43,589 nucleotides of DNA. It comes from a virus. Lineage: Duplodnaviria > Caudoviricetes. The translations under genes and the position numbers were made by a program. Location: positions 1 through 43,589 of the IMG/VR virus record IMGVR_UViG_3300049139_000093. One strand, 5' to 3'. This document shows positions 23,876 to 33,399 of the stretch, piece by piece; positions within the stretch are counted from its first letter, which is position 1; each line of letters starts with the position of its first letter. Below the pieces are notes generated by a model, which saw only the letters and a list, made by a program, of their open reading frames with translations, had not been told where the DNA came from and ran no database searches.

Positions 23876-24070
23876 ATGAACAAGGTTGTTGCTGCGCTGG
23901 AGTGCTTTCTCGAGATGGCGCGGTCCGGGGAGATTAAGGGCGTTGTCATCGTTGCTTTGCATCAGGACGAGACGGTGAGTGGTTGGCGTTCCGGCGAGCA
24001 GGATTACCGGCTGACCGGGCTGCTGACGCAGATGATCCACGACCTTTGCGCGAAGCGGGTCGAAGGATGA
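23876..24070 (+). CDS. Hypothetical protein
   Basis: LE..L..ARSGEI.G motif; ATGA overlap with terL. Confidence 0.7.
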   Translation: MNKVVAALECFLEMARSGEIKGVVIVALHQDETVSGWRSGEQDYRLTGLLTQMIHDLCAKRVEG

Positions 24071-25647
24071 GCGGAAAGCCCGAGGCGCCGCGGGTCCGGC
24101 TGGATGAGCGCGGGCGGATTATCTACGAGCCGGACGGGGATCAGCTCACGCAGTTCGTGATGGACAATTCGCGGGTTGCGATCGTTGAGGGGCCGATCGG
24201 GTCGGGGAAGTCGAAGGGCGCGCGCATGCGGTTGTGGCGGCATGCGTGCGAGCAGGAGAAGTCGCCGCTGGATGGGCTGCGTCATTCGCGGTGGGGAGTG
24301 ATTCGCAACACGTATGCGGAGCTGAAGCAGTCGGTCGTGAAGGACTGGCTGGAGGATTTTCCGGAGCATCTTTACGGGCGGTTCACGTATTCGAAGCCGT
24401 TCGAGCACAACATTCGGGTCGGGGATGTGGCGCTGGAGGTGATCTTCATCGCGCTGGATAGCGACGAGGACATTTCGAAGCTGCGGTCGACGCAGTTCAC
24501 GGCGTTCTATTTCAACGAAGTGCAATATGCGTCGCGGGCGATGTTCATGGAGGCGCTGTCGCGCACGCCGCGATTTCCGTCTGCCGCGCACGGGCGCGCG
24601 ACGTGGAGCGGCGTGATTGCGGACATGAACTCGCCGGAGGAGGAGGACAACTGGATCGCGCTGATGCAGGGGCAGGTCGCGTTTCCTGCGCACTGGAGCG
24701 AGGAAGAGAAGGCGGAATATCGCTGGCCGGAGGAGGAGGGCTGGAAGTTCTTCCTGCAGCCGCCGGCGCTGCTCGAGGTGCTGGACGAGCGCGGGGCGGT
24801 GAAGGGGTATCGGGTCAATCCGAAGGCTGAGAATTCGAAGTGGCTGCAGCCGATCGCGCGCGGCGATGGGAGCTACCGGCCGTTCTATCTGGGCCAGGCC
24901 GTCGGCAAGTCGAAAGCGTGGATCGACAGCCGGCTGCTGAACAAGATCACGATCTATGCGGACGGCTCGCCGGTGTTTCCGCAGTTTCGGCCGGAACGGC
25001 ATGTCGCGAAGGAGATTTTGAAGCCGGTGCACGGGCAGCCGGTGGTGGTGGGGTTGGACTTCGGGCGTAACCCGGCCGCGGTGTTCCTGCAGGCGATCCA
25101 TGGTCGGGTCTTCGTGCAGTTCGAATTGCAGGGGTTCGACGTGTCGGCGCAGACGTTTGCGCCGATGGTGAAGCAGGAGATCGCGCGGCGGTTTCCTTCC
25201 TTCAAGCTGGAAGAGTTTCGATTTTTCGGGGATCCGAAGGGGCGAGACAAGGGGCAGGCGACGGACACGACGCCGTTCGAGGTTTTTGCGGCGCATGGGC
25301 TGAAGGTGAAGCCGGCGCCGGTGCGGCAGAACAACATCGGCGAGCGGCTGGCGGCGATCGACAATCTGCTCGAGCGGGCGCCGGGCGGCCTCGAGGCGCT
25401 GGTGATCAGTCAGGCGTGCCCGCGGCTGCGCATGGCGCTCACCGGAAAGTACGTGGTCGAGAAGAAGCCGGATTCGTCGGCGCGCGAGCCGAAGAAAGAC
25501 CAGTGGGCGGATTTGCCGGATGCGTTCGGCTACGGCGTGCTCGGCACCGGCGAGGGCTACGCGATGACGGGGCGGATGGCTCCGAACGCTGGCAAGCCGC
25601 AAGTGTCCGCGCGGCGCGGTCGCCGATCGCTCCGGAGGGTCGCGTGA
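24067..25647 (+). CDS. terL: Terminase large subunit
   Basis: Walker A GPIGSGKS, IRNTY.EL, Walker B FYFNE, DMNSP, nuclease GLDFG and D..DAFGY. Confidence 0.92.
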   Translation: MSGKPEAPRVRLDERGRIIYEPDGDQLTQFVMDNSRVAIVEGPIGSGKSKGARMRLWRHACEQEKSPLDGLRHSRWGVIRNTYAELKQSVVKDWLEDFPEHLYGRFTYSKPFEHNIRVGDVALEVIFIALDSDEDISKLRSTQFTAFYFNEVQYASRAMFMEALSRTPRFPSAAHGRATWSGVIADMNSPEEEDNWIALMQGQVAFPAHWSEEEKAEYRWPEEEGWKFFLQPPALLEVLDERGAVKGYRVNPKAENSKWLQPIARGDGSYRPFYLGQAVGKSKAWIDSRLLNKITIYADGSPVFPQFRPERHVAKEILKPVHGQPVVVGLDFGRNPAAVFLQAIHGRVFVQFELQGFDVSAQTFAPMVKQEIARRFPSFKLEEFRFFGDPKGRDKGQATDTTPFEVFAAHGLKVKPAPVRQNNIGERLAAIDNLLERAPGGLEALVISQACPRLRMALTGKYVVEKKPDSSAREPKKDQWADLPDAFGYGVLGTGEGYAMTGRMAPNAGKPQVSARRGRRSLRRVA

Positions 25648-26108
25648 AGATCCTGCCGGCGCTCGGCGGCCCTGATTTCTGGCTGGTGATGTTCCGGCGC
25701 GAAACATCCTCGTCGTGGCTTGACCGGGCTGTCCCCGGCCATTGGAAGCACGTCTCCGCGGTTGGGTACTTTCCGGATGCGAGGTGCTGGGTGGCGGTCG
25801 ACCCGACACTGCGGGGGATTTGGGTCGACGTGCGGCGCGGCGAGGAGTCCGGCAATTGGCTTGACGTCGTGGCGGCGGGCGGCGGGGTTCTGAAGGTGGG
25901 GCCGCGGCGTTCCGAGGCGCGGGTATTTCGGCAGTTCTGGTGCGTTCCGGCGGTGGCGGCGATGGTGGGAAGCCGCTCAGGTGCGTTGCTGCCTGACCGG
26001 TTCTGGCGCGATTTGATCGCCGAAGGTGCGGAGATTGTCGCCGATGAAGATGGATGCGCCGAAGCCACAGGCAGACCCGGAAGCGGAACGCCGGGCCAAG
26101 GAAGCTGA
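25644..26108 (+). CDS. Hypothetical protein, possible permuted papain-like (His...Cys) fold
   Basis: GGAGG RBS, GTG start; WKHV...FWCV.AV...P..FWR.L. Confidence 0.65.
   Translation: MKILPALGGPDFWLVMFRRETSSSWLDRAVPGHWKHVSAVGYFPDARCWVAVDPTLRGIWVDVRRGEESGNWLDVVAAGGGVLKVGPRRSEARVFRQFWCVPAVAAMVGSRSGALLPDRFWRDLIAEGAEIVADEDGCAEATGRPGSGTPGQGS
25980..26020 (+). promoter_or_regulatory. Putative late promoter (GGTGCGTTGC) upstream of the portal operon
   Basis: Exact motif copy within the preceding CDS. Confidence 0.55.
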
Positions 26109-26223
26109 GAACGAGCGGGTCAAGACTCTGCAGGAGGATCTTGCGGACATCACGGCAATGCGCGCGCGGCGGTTCGGTGCGCGCGGTCGCGGCCTCGCCG
26201 GCGTGACGCCGACGACCTCCTGA
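26044..26223 (+). CDS. Small virion/assembly protein before the portal
   Basis: P-rich start followed by a charged helix; position like T7 gp7.3. Confidence 0.6.
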   Translation: MKMDAPKPQADPEAERRAKEAENERVKTLQEDLADITAMRARRFGARGRGLAGVTPTTS

Positions 26224-26236
26224 AAGCGGGGCCTCG

Positions 26237-27832
26237 ATGGCCTACAACGAGAACATCGAAAAGGAGGCGTGCGAGCGTCACCACGACGCGCGGCTGCACA
26301 AGGCCCAGTTCCGGCCCGATTTCGAGGATGCGTACTACTTCTGCGCGCCGACCCGGCACCGGCAGATGGGCGGGCAGAGCGGACGCTCGGCGACACGGCC
26401 TCACGATCAATTCGAGCTGATGACCTCGGTCGCGATGGAAGCGAACGAGGATTTCGCGACGATGACGATCGGCACGTTCTTCCCGAAGTCGGACAAGTGG
26501 GCGAAGGCCCAGGTGAGCGCGGCGCTGCCGGCCGGGCTGACGGAGGAGGAAGTTGCGGACCTCGAGAAGCGCATCGAGGCCGATGACGAAGTGATTTTCG
26601 ATGCGATCAATGCGTCGACCCTGCGGCTCGAAATGGCGAAGACGTTCACGCCGGACGTGGGAATCGGCACCGTCGCGCTGCATATCGACCCCGGGCCGCT
26701 GAATACGATCCGCGTGCTCGGCGTGCCGCTGACGGAGCTGGATCTCAACATCGGGCCGGACGGTCAGGTGGACGATCGCTTCTGGACGCGGAAGACGACA
26801 GCGCGGCGCCTGTACGGGCTGGTGCCGGAGCTGCGCGAGGCCAAGGGCAAAAAGGCGGACGACTGGCGGAAGAAGATCGCCGACAAGCCGAAGGGCGATT
26901 GCTGCGTCAAGTGGGGCTGGTGGCGGGACTGGTCGAAGACCGAGGAGACCTGGGTCTGGGTCGTGATGATCGACGAGGATCTGATCGACAGCGGCACGGT
27001 GACCGGCGAGGGCAGCTGCCCGCTGCTGGTGGGGCGGTTCGGCGCGTCGCCGGAATGGGCGTATGGCCAAGGGCCGACGCTGAAGTCGCTGCCGGAATTC
27101 CGCAGCGCGGACGAGCTTTCCGCGCTTTTGATCGAGAACATAGACAACACGATCAAGCCGCCGATGTCGTGGCCGTCTGACAGCTTCATCAATGTCGAGA
27201 CCGGCGTCGAGGCCGGACGTTTCTATGCGATCGAGCCCGGCCAGGAAGACGCCGTCAAGTCGATCTATGACGTCCACTCGCTCGAGCCGGGCCACTTCCA
27301 GCTTGAACAGTTCGAACGGCGGATCAAGCGCCTGCACTACATCGACAAGCCGGAGCAGCGCGCGGACACGCCGCCGACGGCGACGCAGTGGATGAGCGAG
27401 ATGGAGCTCGGCCAGCGCCGGTTCGGCGTGCCGGGTGAGGTGTTCTGGTACGAGATGCCGCGGCAAATCTATCTGCGCTTCCGGCAGATCCTGGCGAAGC
27501 GCGGGACGATCAAGCCGCTGCAGGTCAAGGGCCAGAACATCATCATTTCGGCGGTGAACCCGGCGCAGCGTGCGCAGGACATGCAGGAAGTCGCGAACGG
27601 CAGCCGCTTCGTCGAGATCGCCGGCGCGGCATGGCCGGAGGAATTCAAGGCCGCGGTCGACGGCACGAAGTCTATGGCGAACCTGCGCGAGAAGATGGGC
27701 GTGGAGAAGGTCATCGAAATGCGGGACCCGGCAGAGGTCAAGGCGGCCGTCGAGCAGATTTCGAAGCTGATGGGTGGCGCGGTGCCTGGCATCGAACAGT
27801 CGCCCGGGCTTCTGAACGGAGCACCAGCATGA
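26237..27832 (+). CDS. Portal (head-tail connector), T7 gp8/BPP-1-like
   Basis: 531 aa; P..KW, GT.AL, P.LV.R...E.YG.GP...LP and TAT motifs; position after terL. Confidence 0.88.
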   Translation: MAYNENIEKEACERHHDARLHKAQFRPDFEDAYYFCAPTRHRQMGGQSGRSATRPHDQFELMTSVAMEANEDFATMTIGTFFPKSDKWAKAQVSAALPAGLTEEEVADLEKRIEADDEVIFDAINASTLRLEMAKTFTPDVGIGTVALHIDPGPLNTIRVLGVPLTELDLNIGPDGQVDDRFWTRKTTARRLYGLVPELREAKGKKADDWRKKIADKPKGDCCVKWGWWRDWSKTEETWVWVVMIDEDLIDSGTVTGEGSCPLLVGRFGASPEWAYGQGPTLKSLPEFRSADELSALLIENIDNTIKPPMSWPSDSFINVETGVEAGRFYAIEPGQEDAVKSIYDVHSLEPGHFQLEQFERRIKRLHYIDKPEQRADTPPTATQWMSEMELGQRRFGVPGEVFWYEMPRQIYLRFRQILAKRGTIKPLQVKGQNIIISAVNPAQRAQDMQEVANGSRFVEIAGAAWPEEFKAAVDGTKSMANLREKMGVEKVIEMRDPAEVKAAVEQISKLMGGAVPGIEQSPGLLNGAPA

Positions 27833-28152
27833 CGCCGGAAGAGGCATGGCGGGAGCTTGCGAAGCGGCCCGAGTGGCTGCATGCGCGCGAGGTTCTTCTC
27901 GCCGTTCTGGAGAGCACGACACCGGACGGGACTGAAACCGGTGCGTTGCTACGCAATGAGGGGAAACGCAGGTTCGCGTCGAAATTGCTCGCACTAGCCG
28001 AGCGAGAGGAAGTTCATGACGGACGCGACGCAGCAGCAGCTGAACCTGACCCAGCCGGGCAACCAAGCCGATGGCTCGCAAGCCGCGCAAGCCGGGTCTC
28101 AGTCATCCGCAGCCGCAGACGGCGCACCGACGCGCCCGGACGGACTGCCTGA
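27829..28152 (+). CDS. Small post-portal protein (Bbp19-like)
   Basis: NEGKRR motif; ATGA overlap with the portal gene. Confidence 0.6.
   Translation: MTPEEAWRELAKRPEWLHAREVLLAVLESTTPDGTETGALLRNEGKRRFASKLLALAEREEVHDGRDAAAAEPDPAGQPSRWLASRASRVSVIRSRRRRTDAPGRTA
27940..27985 (+). promoter_or_regulatory. Putative late promoter (GGTGCGTTGC) upstream of scaffold/capsid
   Basis: Exact motif; TTGCTA-N17-CAGGTT. Confidence 0.6.
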
Positions 28153-28786
28153 CAAGTTCTGGAATCCGGAGAAGGGCGTCCTCGTCGAGGATCTCGTCAA
28201 GGACGTTGCGACGCGCCACACGAGCGAAGCCGAACGCGCGAAGAGCATCCCGGCCGGCGCCGATCACTACAAGGTCGAACTGCCGGCGGACTTCAGGGTG
28301 CCGGACGGCCTCGCGTTCAAGTTCGACGACAAGGATCCGATGGTCGCGTTCGGCCGGCAATTCGCCGCTTCCCAGAAGCTGACGCAGACCGAGTTCGCCT
28401 CGCTGATCGGCCAGTATGCCGCGGTGCAGCTGCAGCAGGCGCAAGCCGCGCAGACGCGCACGGCGGCCGAAGAGACGGCGATCACCGCCGATCTCGAAAA
28501 GCTCGGCCCGACGAAGGACGTCCGCATCAAGGCGGTCGAAGACTTCTTCTCGGCGCACGGCGGTTCGTCCGGCGCCAAGATCGGCAAGATTATCGCACGC
28601 GAAATTGGCACGTCCGAACTGATCGAGACGGTCGAGCGCGTGATCGCATCTGTGACGCGCGGTGGCGCGTCGGTGTCTCAAGCAGGCCGGGAGGGCGCAC
28701 CGGAAGCGAAGCCGCCGGAAAACGCGACGCTCGCCGAACAACTGACCTGGGCGCGCGAGCACAACCGCAAACAGGCCGCGGCTTGA
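28016..28786 (+). CDS. Capsid scaffolding protein
   Basis: RP..LP.KFW, P...Y and LTQ motifs; between portal and capsid genes. Confidence 0.75.
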   Translation: MTDATQQQLNLTQPGNQADGSQAAQAGSQSSAAADGAPTRPDGLPDKFWNPEKGVLVEDLVKDVATRHTSEAERAKSIPAGADHYKVELPADFRVPDGLAFKFDDKDPMVAFGRQFAASQKLTQTEFASLIGQYAAVQLQQAQAAQTRTAAEETAITADLEKLGPTKDVRIKAVEDFFSAHGGSSGAKIGKIIAREIGTSELIETVERVIASVTRGGASVSQAGREGAPEAKPPENATLAEQLTWAREHNRKQAAA

Positions 28787-28802
28787 TTAGGAGACGACTG
28801 AA

Positions 28803-29741
28803 ATGCCTTTGATGACCCTGACTGAGTACGCGAAGACCCTGCCGGAGACTTCGATCCAGCGGCCGATCATCGAGATGTTCGCGCGCTCGAGCGACGTGTT
28901 CAGCGCGCTGCCGTTCGAGGATCTCGGCGGCAAGCCGGTTTACGAGGGCTTCCGCACCTCGCAGCTGCCTGCGGTCGGCTTCCGGGCGATCAACGAAGGT
29001 TCGACCAGCGGTATCGGCCGGATGGACCCGTTCCAGGAAGCAACCTACATCCTCGACCACGATCTCGACGTCGACGCGGCGATCGTCCGCCGTGCCGGCG
29101 AGAATCGCCGCGCACAGGAAGAGGCGATGGCGGTTGCCTCGATGGGCAAAATCTGGATCGACACATTCCTGAAGGGCGACAACGCCACGGACCTGCGGTC
29201 GTTCGACGGGCTGCAGAAGCGCGCCGACAAGTTCAGCCGCAAGATCGACAACTCGGTCGCGGCGGGCGGCGGGCCTCTCTCGCTGCTCAAGCTCGATCAG
29301 GCGATCAACCAAGTGAACGGTGCGACGCACATCATCGCGCCATACACCTCGCAGCCGCTCTGGATTGGGGCGGCGCGCAACACCACGCTCAGCGGCTTCG
29401 TGATCCAGTCCTGGGACGAGGTCGGCAAGCCGAAGATGAGCTATGCCGGCCTGCCGATCCTGTGGGGTTACCCCAAGGACGATCACGGCGACGTCCTGCC
29501 GTTCACCGAAGTCGGTGTCGGCGGCGGCGCGGCGGCGACGACTTCGTTCTATGTCGTCGCGTTCGGCGAGGGCAAGCTGCGCGGCCTGCAGATCAAGCCG
29601 CTCGACGTCAACGACATCGGGCTGCTGCAGGACGGCATCACGTTCCGCACGCACGTCTCATGGGACGTGGGTCTGGTGGACGAGCACAAGTATTGCCTCG
29701 CCCGCCTGACCTCCATCACCAACGCGGCCTTCGCGGCCTGA
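28803..29741 (+). CDS. Major capsid protein
   Basis: AGGAG RBS, strong codon bias, LP.V.FR.INEG, DVD, GD......FDGL. Confidence 0.85.
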   Translation: MPLMTLTEYAKTLPETSIQRPIIEMFARSSDVFSALPFEDLGGKPVYEGFRTSQLPAVGFRAINEGSTSGIGRMDPFQEATYILDHDLDVDAAIVRRAGENRRAQEEAMAVASMGKIWIDTFLKGDNATDLRSFDGLQKRADKFSRKIDNSVAAGGGPLSLLKLDQAINQVNGATHIIAPYTSQPLWIGAARNTTLSGFVIQSWDEVGKPKMSYAGLPILWGYPKDDHGDVLPFTEVGVGGGAAATTSFYVVAFGEGKLRGLQIKPLDVNDIGLLQDGITFRTHVSWDVGLVDEHKYCLARLTSITNAAFAA

Positions 29742-29754
29742 TCGGAGAAGCCAG

Positions 29755-30207
29755 ATGGCCCAGCGCAATTACACCTTCGACGCGAACAACCTGCTCGAAA
29801 ACGGGCTGGTTGCGATCGCCGCCTCCCGGGTTGGTCAGGCGACCATCAACGGGACGCTCAACAACCCGCAAATCATCGATGTTGGCCTGAACTCCCGCCT
29901 CGATGCCATGGCGCTGATCGACGTTTCGGCGATCACGGCCGGCGGCGCGGATCAGGCCTATCGCATCGTGATCCAAGGCTCGTCCTCGGCGACGTTCGCC
30001 TCGGATATCGAGAACCTGGCCGAGATGACGCTCGGCAACACCGCTGTTCGTCCGGGCGGCGCCAAGACATCGACGCCGGGCCGGTACGAACTGCCATTCA
30101 CCAACTACCAGGACGACACGTCCTACCGCTATCTGCGGGCGAACTTCGTGGTTGCCGGCACCACGCCGTCGATCACCGCCCGCGTCGCGGTCATGCTGGA
30201 GCCGTAA
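29755..30207 (+). CDS. Capsid decoration/cement protein (Bbp16-like)
   Basis: IQ.S...F...RYLR...V.GT pattern; follows the capsid gene. Confidence 0.7.
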   Translation: MAQRNYTFDANNLLENGLVAIAASRVGQATINGTLNNPQIIDVGLNSRLDAMALIDVSAITAGGADQAYRIVIQGSSSATFASDIENLAEMTLGNTAVRPGGAKTSTPGRYELPFTNYQDDTSYRYLRANFVVAGTTPSITARVAVMLEP

Positions 30208-30210
30208 GCC

Positions 30211-30498
30211 ATGCCCGTTACCCCCATGAAGACCAAAGTCTGGTACGTGGCCAAAAAGGACGCGGAGCCGATCGAAGTCGAGTTGTTCAGGATCGACGCG
30301 AAGGAGGCGATGGCTCGCTTCCCCGATCAGTATATGATGGAGCTTCCCCGCACGGCCGCGAAGGCCGACGCGGCGGATTGGGACGATCTCACGATCGCCC
30401 AGCTCAAGGCCGAAGCGGAGAAGCGAAATCTCGACCTCGGCGATGCCAAGACGAAGGCCGAAATCGTCGCGGTCTTCAAGGATCGCGTCAAGGACTGA
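30211..30498 (+). CDS. Small protein with a C-terminal SAP/LEM/Rho-N-like helix-extension-helix
   Basis: DLTIAQLKAEAEKRNLDLGDAKTKAEIV. Confidence 0.7.
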   Translation: MPVTPMKTKVWYVAKKDAEPIEVELFRIDAKEAMARFPDQYMMELPRTAAKADAADWDDLTIAQLKAEAEKRNLDLGDAKTKAEIVAVFKDRVKD

Positions 30499-30535
30499 TC
30501 TGCGCCGGCCCCTGCTTCCGGTGCGAATTAGGCGG

Positions 30536-30566
30536 CGCCCTGCCCCCCGGCAGGGCGTTTCGTTTT
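30536..30566 (+). terminator. Rho-independent terminator after the capsid operon
   Basis: CGCCCTGCC-CCCC-GGCAGGGCG-TTTCGTTTT. Confidence 0.85.
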
Positions 30567-30569
30567 GTG

Positions 30570-30611
30570 GGTGCGTTGCCGCTGTTTGAGGGTGGCGCAG
30601 TGTCGCCGGCA
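30570..30611 (+). promoter_or_regulatory. Putative late promoter, leaderless transcript for tail tubular A
   Basis: GGTGCGTTGC; TTGCCG-N16-CAGTGT-N7-ATG; no SD. Confidence 0.7.
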
Positions 30612-31213
30612 TGCCGACCTCATTCACCAAGCTCGATATCATCCAGAAAGCCTGCATGCTGTGCGGCGAGAATCCGCCTCAGACGGAGGATGATGGTTCG
30701 GCCGAATGGGACGTGTGCTCGGCCCGCTACGACCTGATTCTGCCGGTGCTGATCCAGAAGCACGGCTGGAATTTCGCAACGAGGATGGAGGTGCTGGTCG
30801 AGGCGGGGAGTAACCCTTCCCAGAATTTCGACTATGCCTATCTGCGGCCACCGGGCGCTGTGCATGTGCTGGCGCTGTGGAGCGGCGGGCTCAAGATCGA
30901 TAAGTACGAAGTGCTGGACGGCAAGTTCTGCACCGACGTTTCGCAGGCGGCGGGCGTCACCGCGGAATACGTCGTGGTCGTCGGTCCGGACGCGGCGTCG
31001 AACCTGTTCGTGCTGGGCCTGGTCGAGCACATCAGGGCCGGGGTCATCGGCGGGCTTCAGGAGGACCTGCAGCGAGCGGATGATCTCGAGGCCAAGGCCA
31101 ATCTGATCATCGATCAGGCGCGTTCGCGCGACAATCAGGAAGAGCCGGCGCGTGATCTGAGCGTCGGCCGTGTCGCGAGCCGTCGGCGTGGCTATCGGCG
31201 GGTGTCCCGATGA
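30611..31213 (+). CDS. Tail tubular protein A (T7 gp11-like adaptor)
   Basis: LDI...A....GE.P...H.WNFA...F.YAY..P. Confidence 0.8.
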   Translation: MPTSFTKLDIIQKACMLCGENPPQTEDDGSAEWDVCSARYDLILPVLIQKHGWNFATRMEVLVEAGSNPSQNFDYAYLRPPGAVHVLALWSGGLKIDKYEVLDGKFCTDVSQAAGVTAEYVVVVGPDAASNLFVLGLVEHIRAGVIGGLQEDLQRADDLEAKANLIIDQARSRDNQEEPARDLSVGRVASRRRGYRRVSR

Positions 31214-33399
31214 GGCCGCGCAATATCGATGCGCAGGTTGATTTCAGCGGCGGGCAAATCGACGCGATCGGGCTGCGGCGTGACGATACCAAGATTGCGC
31301 GGACATCGCTGCGCAAGGCGCGGAACAATCTGCCGGCGCCGACGGGGCCTACCGACACGCGCATGGGACGGGTACTGAAGTCGGTCCATGATGTGCGGGT
31401 TGACGACATCAAGATGTCGACTGGTTCGCGCTATCTGCTGTGCTTCCGGGCGGCCAGGCTGGTCATTCGCGATCGCGGCAGCGGCGCAGAACAGAAGGTG
31501 TTTACGGGCCTGCCGTGGACCGATGCGGAATGCACGAAACTGCGTTGGGACTTGTTCGGTGACAAGATCATCATTTGCCTTTCGGGAATGAAGCCGCAGG
31601 TGATTGACTGCGACGGCGCGCCGCCCAGCTGGACTATCGCGGAGTTTGCCTTCGGGGTGGGTCTGCGCGGCCAGATTTTGCAGCCCTATTCGCGGCTGGC
31701 CGATCCGGGTGTGACGATCCAGCCGGCCGGCTATGTCGGCAGCGGCATCACGATCACGGCGTCGGCCGGCGTCTTCGTGGCGGGCTACGCCGGAACGCGC
31801 ATCCGCTACTATGGGCGCGAAATTGAAATCACGGGCTTCACGTCGGATACCGTCCTGACAGGGAACGTCATCGAGGAGCTGCCGAAGACGTACCTGCTGA
31901 ACGCGGGCGGCGGCCAGAGCTTCACCGCATTCAATGCAGGCGACATCGTTCAGCTAAAGACGAATGGCGCTCAAGGCTACGTGTCGAACGTACTTTCCGC
32001 GACGGAGATGCACATCATCGTCGAAAGCGGCAATCTGAACCTTTCTGCGCCAGACGAAGTTATTGGCCCGAAGGCGCGCGCGCTGATTACCGCGACGGCA
32101 CCCCTACAGCCAACGCCGGACCCGATCACGATCTGGGACGAGCCTGTGATGTCGGGCCTCCGGGGTTGGCCCGCGTCGGTGACGTCCGATCTGGCACGCG
32201 TGGCGTTCTGTCAGATCCCGTCCTACCCGGATGGAATCGCGTGGTCCACGATCAACGTCTACAACGATTTCGGCGTGACCGGTGCTCCGGATGCTGCGCT
32301 CTTTGAGCGGATTCGCGGGCAGCCGCGCATCGTTGATATTGCGCCGGGTCCTGACATCTTCGTGCTGACCGAAAGCGGTGTGTTCTATATCCCGGTGAGT
32401 GCGGACAGCCCGCTGGTCTCGGGATCGGTGGAATTCCGACCGATCGACGAGGTGGGCGTGTCGGCGACGGTGCGGGCATCGACCACGGGCTCGTCGGTGT
32501 TGTTCGTCGATTCCGGCGCAATCGGCGTGTGGGCTATCGTCCAGACCGGACAGACGACGCGGCCGTACATTGTGCGCGAATTGACGCCGCGATGCCGGTC
32601 GCTGGTGAATTCGCCGGTGGCGCTCGCCTACCAGACCGGCGAGGCCGGCAATCCGGATCAGCTCGCGCTTGCGGTCATGGGCGATGGCACGATGATCGTC
32701 GGCCGGTTCGATCCGGTCGAGGAGAACGTCGGCTGGTTTCAGTGGGACGGCGGTGCTGCGGTGACGTGGGCCTCCTCTCGTACCACGGGCGCGCTGGTCA
32801 ATTCGACGAAGACTATCGTCGGCAACACGTTCCGCTACACCGAAGAGTTCACGAATACCGCGTTGACGGATGTCGAGGTCGATCCGGTCACGCCTGGTGC
32901 CGCGCTCGATGCGGACAAGCCGTTTGGCATGGGGCCGCTGTGGATGTTCCGTGGCGGCACGGTGCGGCTGCGCATGGGCGCGCGCGATTGGGGTGATCGG
33001 TCGGTTGACGCGCTGGGCAATCTGTTGACGGTCGAGGGCGATGACGTCACGGGTAGCGGCTGGCGCGTCGGGCTGTTCTTTGCGACGGAGGTTGGGCCGT
33101 TCGTGTGGCATGCAGATCCCGGCGTGTCGCGGAAGCAGCGGCACCGGCGGCGGCGGGTCAATCGCTCGGCCTGGACGCTGCAGCGCAATTGCGCGTTCGA
33201 GGTCGAGGACGGGGTGGGCCGGGTGCAGCAGCGGCCGGCGCATCAGCAGCGCGACGACAACACGCTGGAGGCGCCGACGCGGCTGGAGGAGCACCGCTTC
33301 AGGCACACGATGAGCGCCTTCGATCCTGATCTGACGATCAGGCAGACGACGGTGGGCAAGATGACGCTGATCGAATTTTCGCCGGAGGCAACGATCTGA
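31210..33399 (+). CDS. Tail tubular protein B (T7 gp12-like nozzle)
   Basis: Q.DFSGG.I, 729 aa beta-rich, GWP.SV, WS....Y.DF. Confidence 0.82.
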   Translation: MRPRNIDAQVDFSGGQIDAIGLRRDDTKIARTSLRKARNNLPAPTGPTDTRMGRVLKSVHDVRVDDIKMSTGSRYLLCFRAARLVIRDRGSGAEQKVFTGLPWTDAECTKLRWDLFGDKIIICLSGMKPQVIDCDGAPPSWTIAEFAFGVGLRGQILQPYSRLADPGVTIQPAGYVGSGITITASAGVFVAGYAGTRIRYYGREIEITGFTSDTVLTGNVIEELPKTYLLNAGGGQSFTAFNAGDIVQLKTNGAQGYVSNVLSATEMHIIVESGNLNLSAPDEVIGPKARALITATAPLQPTPDPITIWDEPVMSGLRGWPASVTSDLARVAFCQIPSYPDGIAWSTINVYNDFGVTGAPDAALFERIRGQPRIVDIAPGPDIFVLTESGVFYIPVSADSPLVSGSVEFRPIDEVGVSATVRASTTGSSVLFVDSGAIGVWAIVQTGQTTRPYIVRELTPRCRSLVNSPVALAYQTGEAGNPDQLALAVMGDGTMIVGRFDPVEENVGWFQWDGGAAVTWASSRTTGALVNSTKTIVGNTFRYTEEFTNTALTDVEVDPVTPGAALDADKPFGMGPLWMFRGGTVRLRMGARDWGDRSVDALGNLLTVEGDDVTGSGWRVGLFFATEVGPFVWHADPGVSRKQRHRRRRVNRSAWTLQRNCAFEVEDGVGRVQQRPAHQQRDDNTLEAPTRLEEHRFRHTMSAFDPDLTIRQTTVGKMTLIEFSPEATI

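Noticed and set aside
24500-24525. Defective terminase Walker B (NE instead of DE)
   Set aside because: The catalytic Glu is retained and the other motifs are intact, so this is most likely a natural variant.
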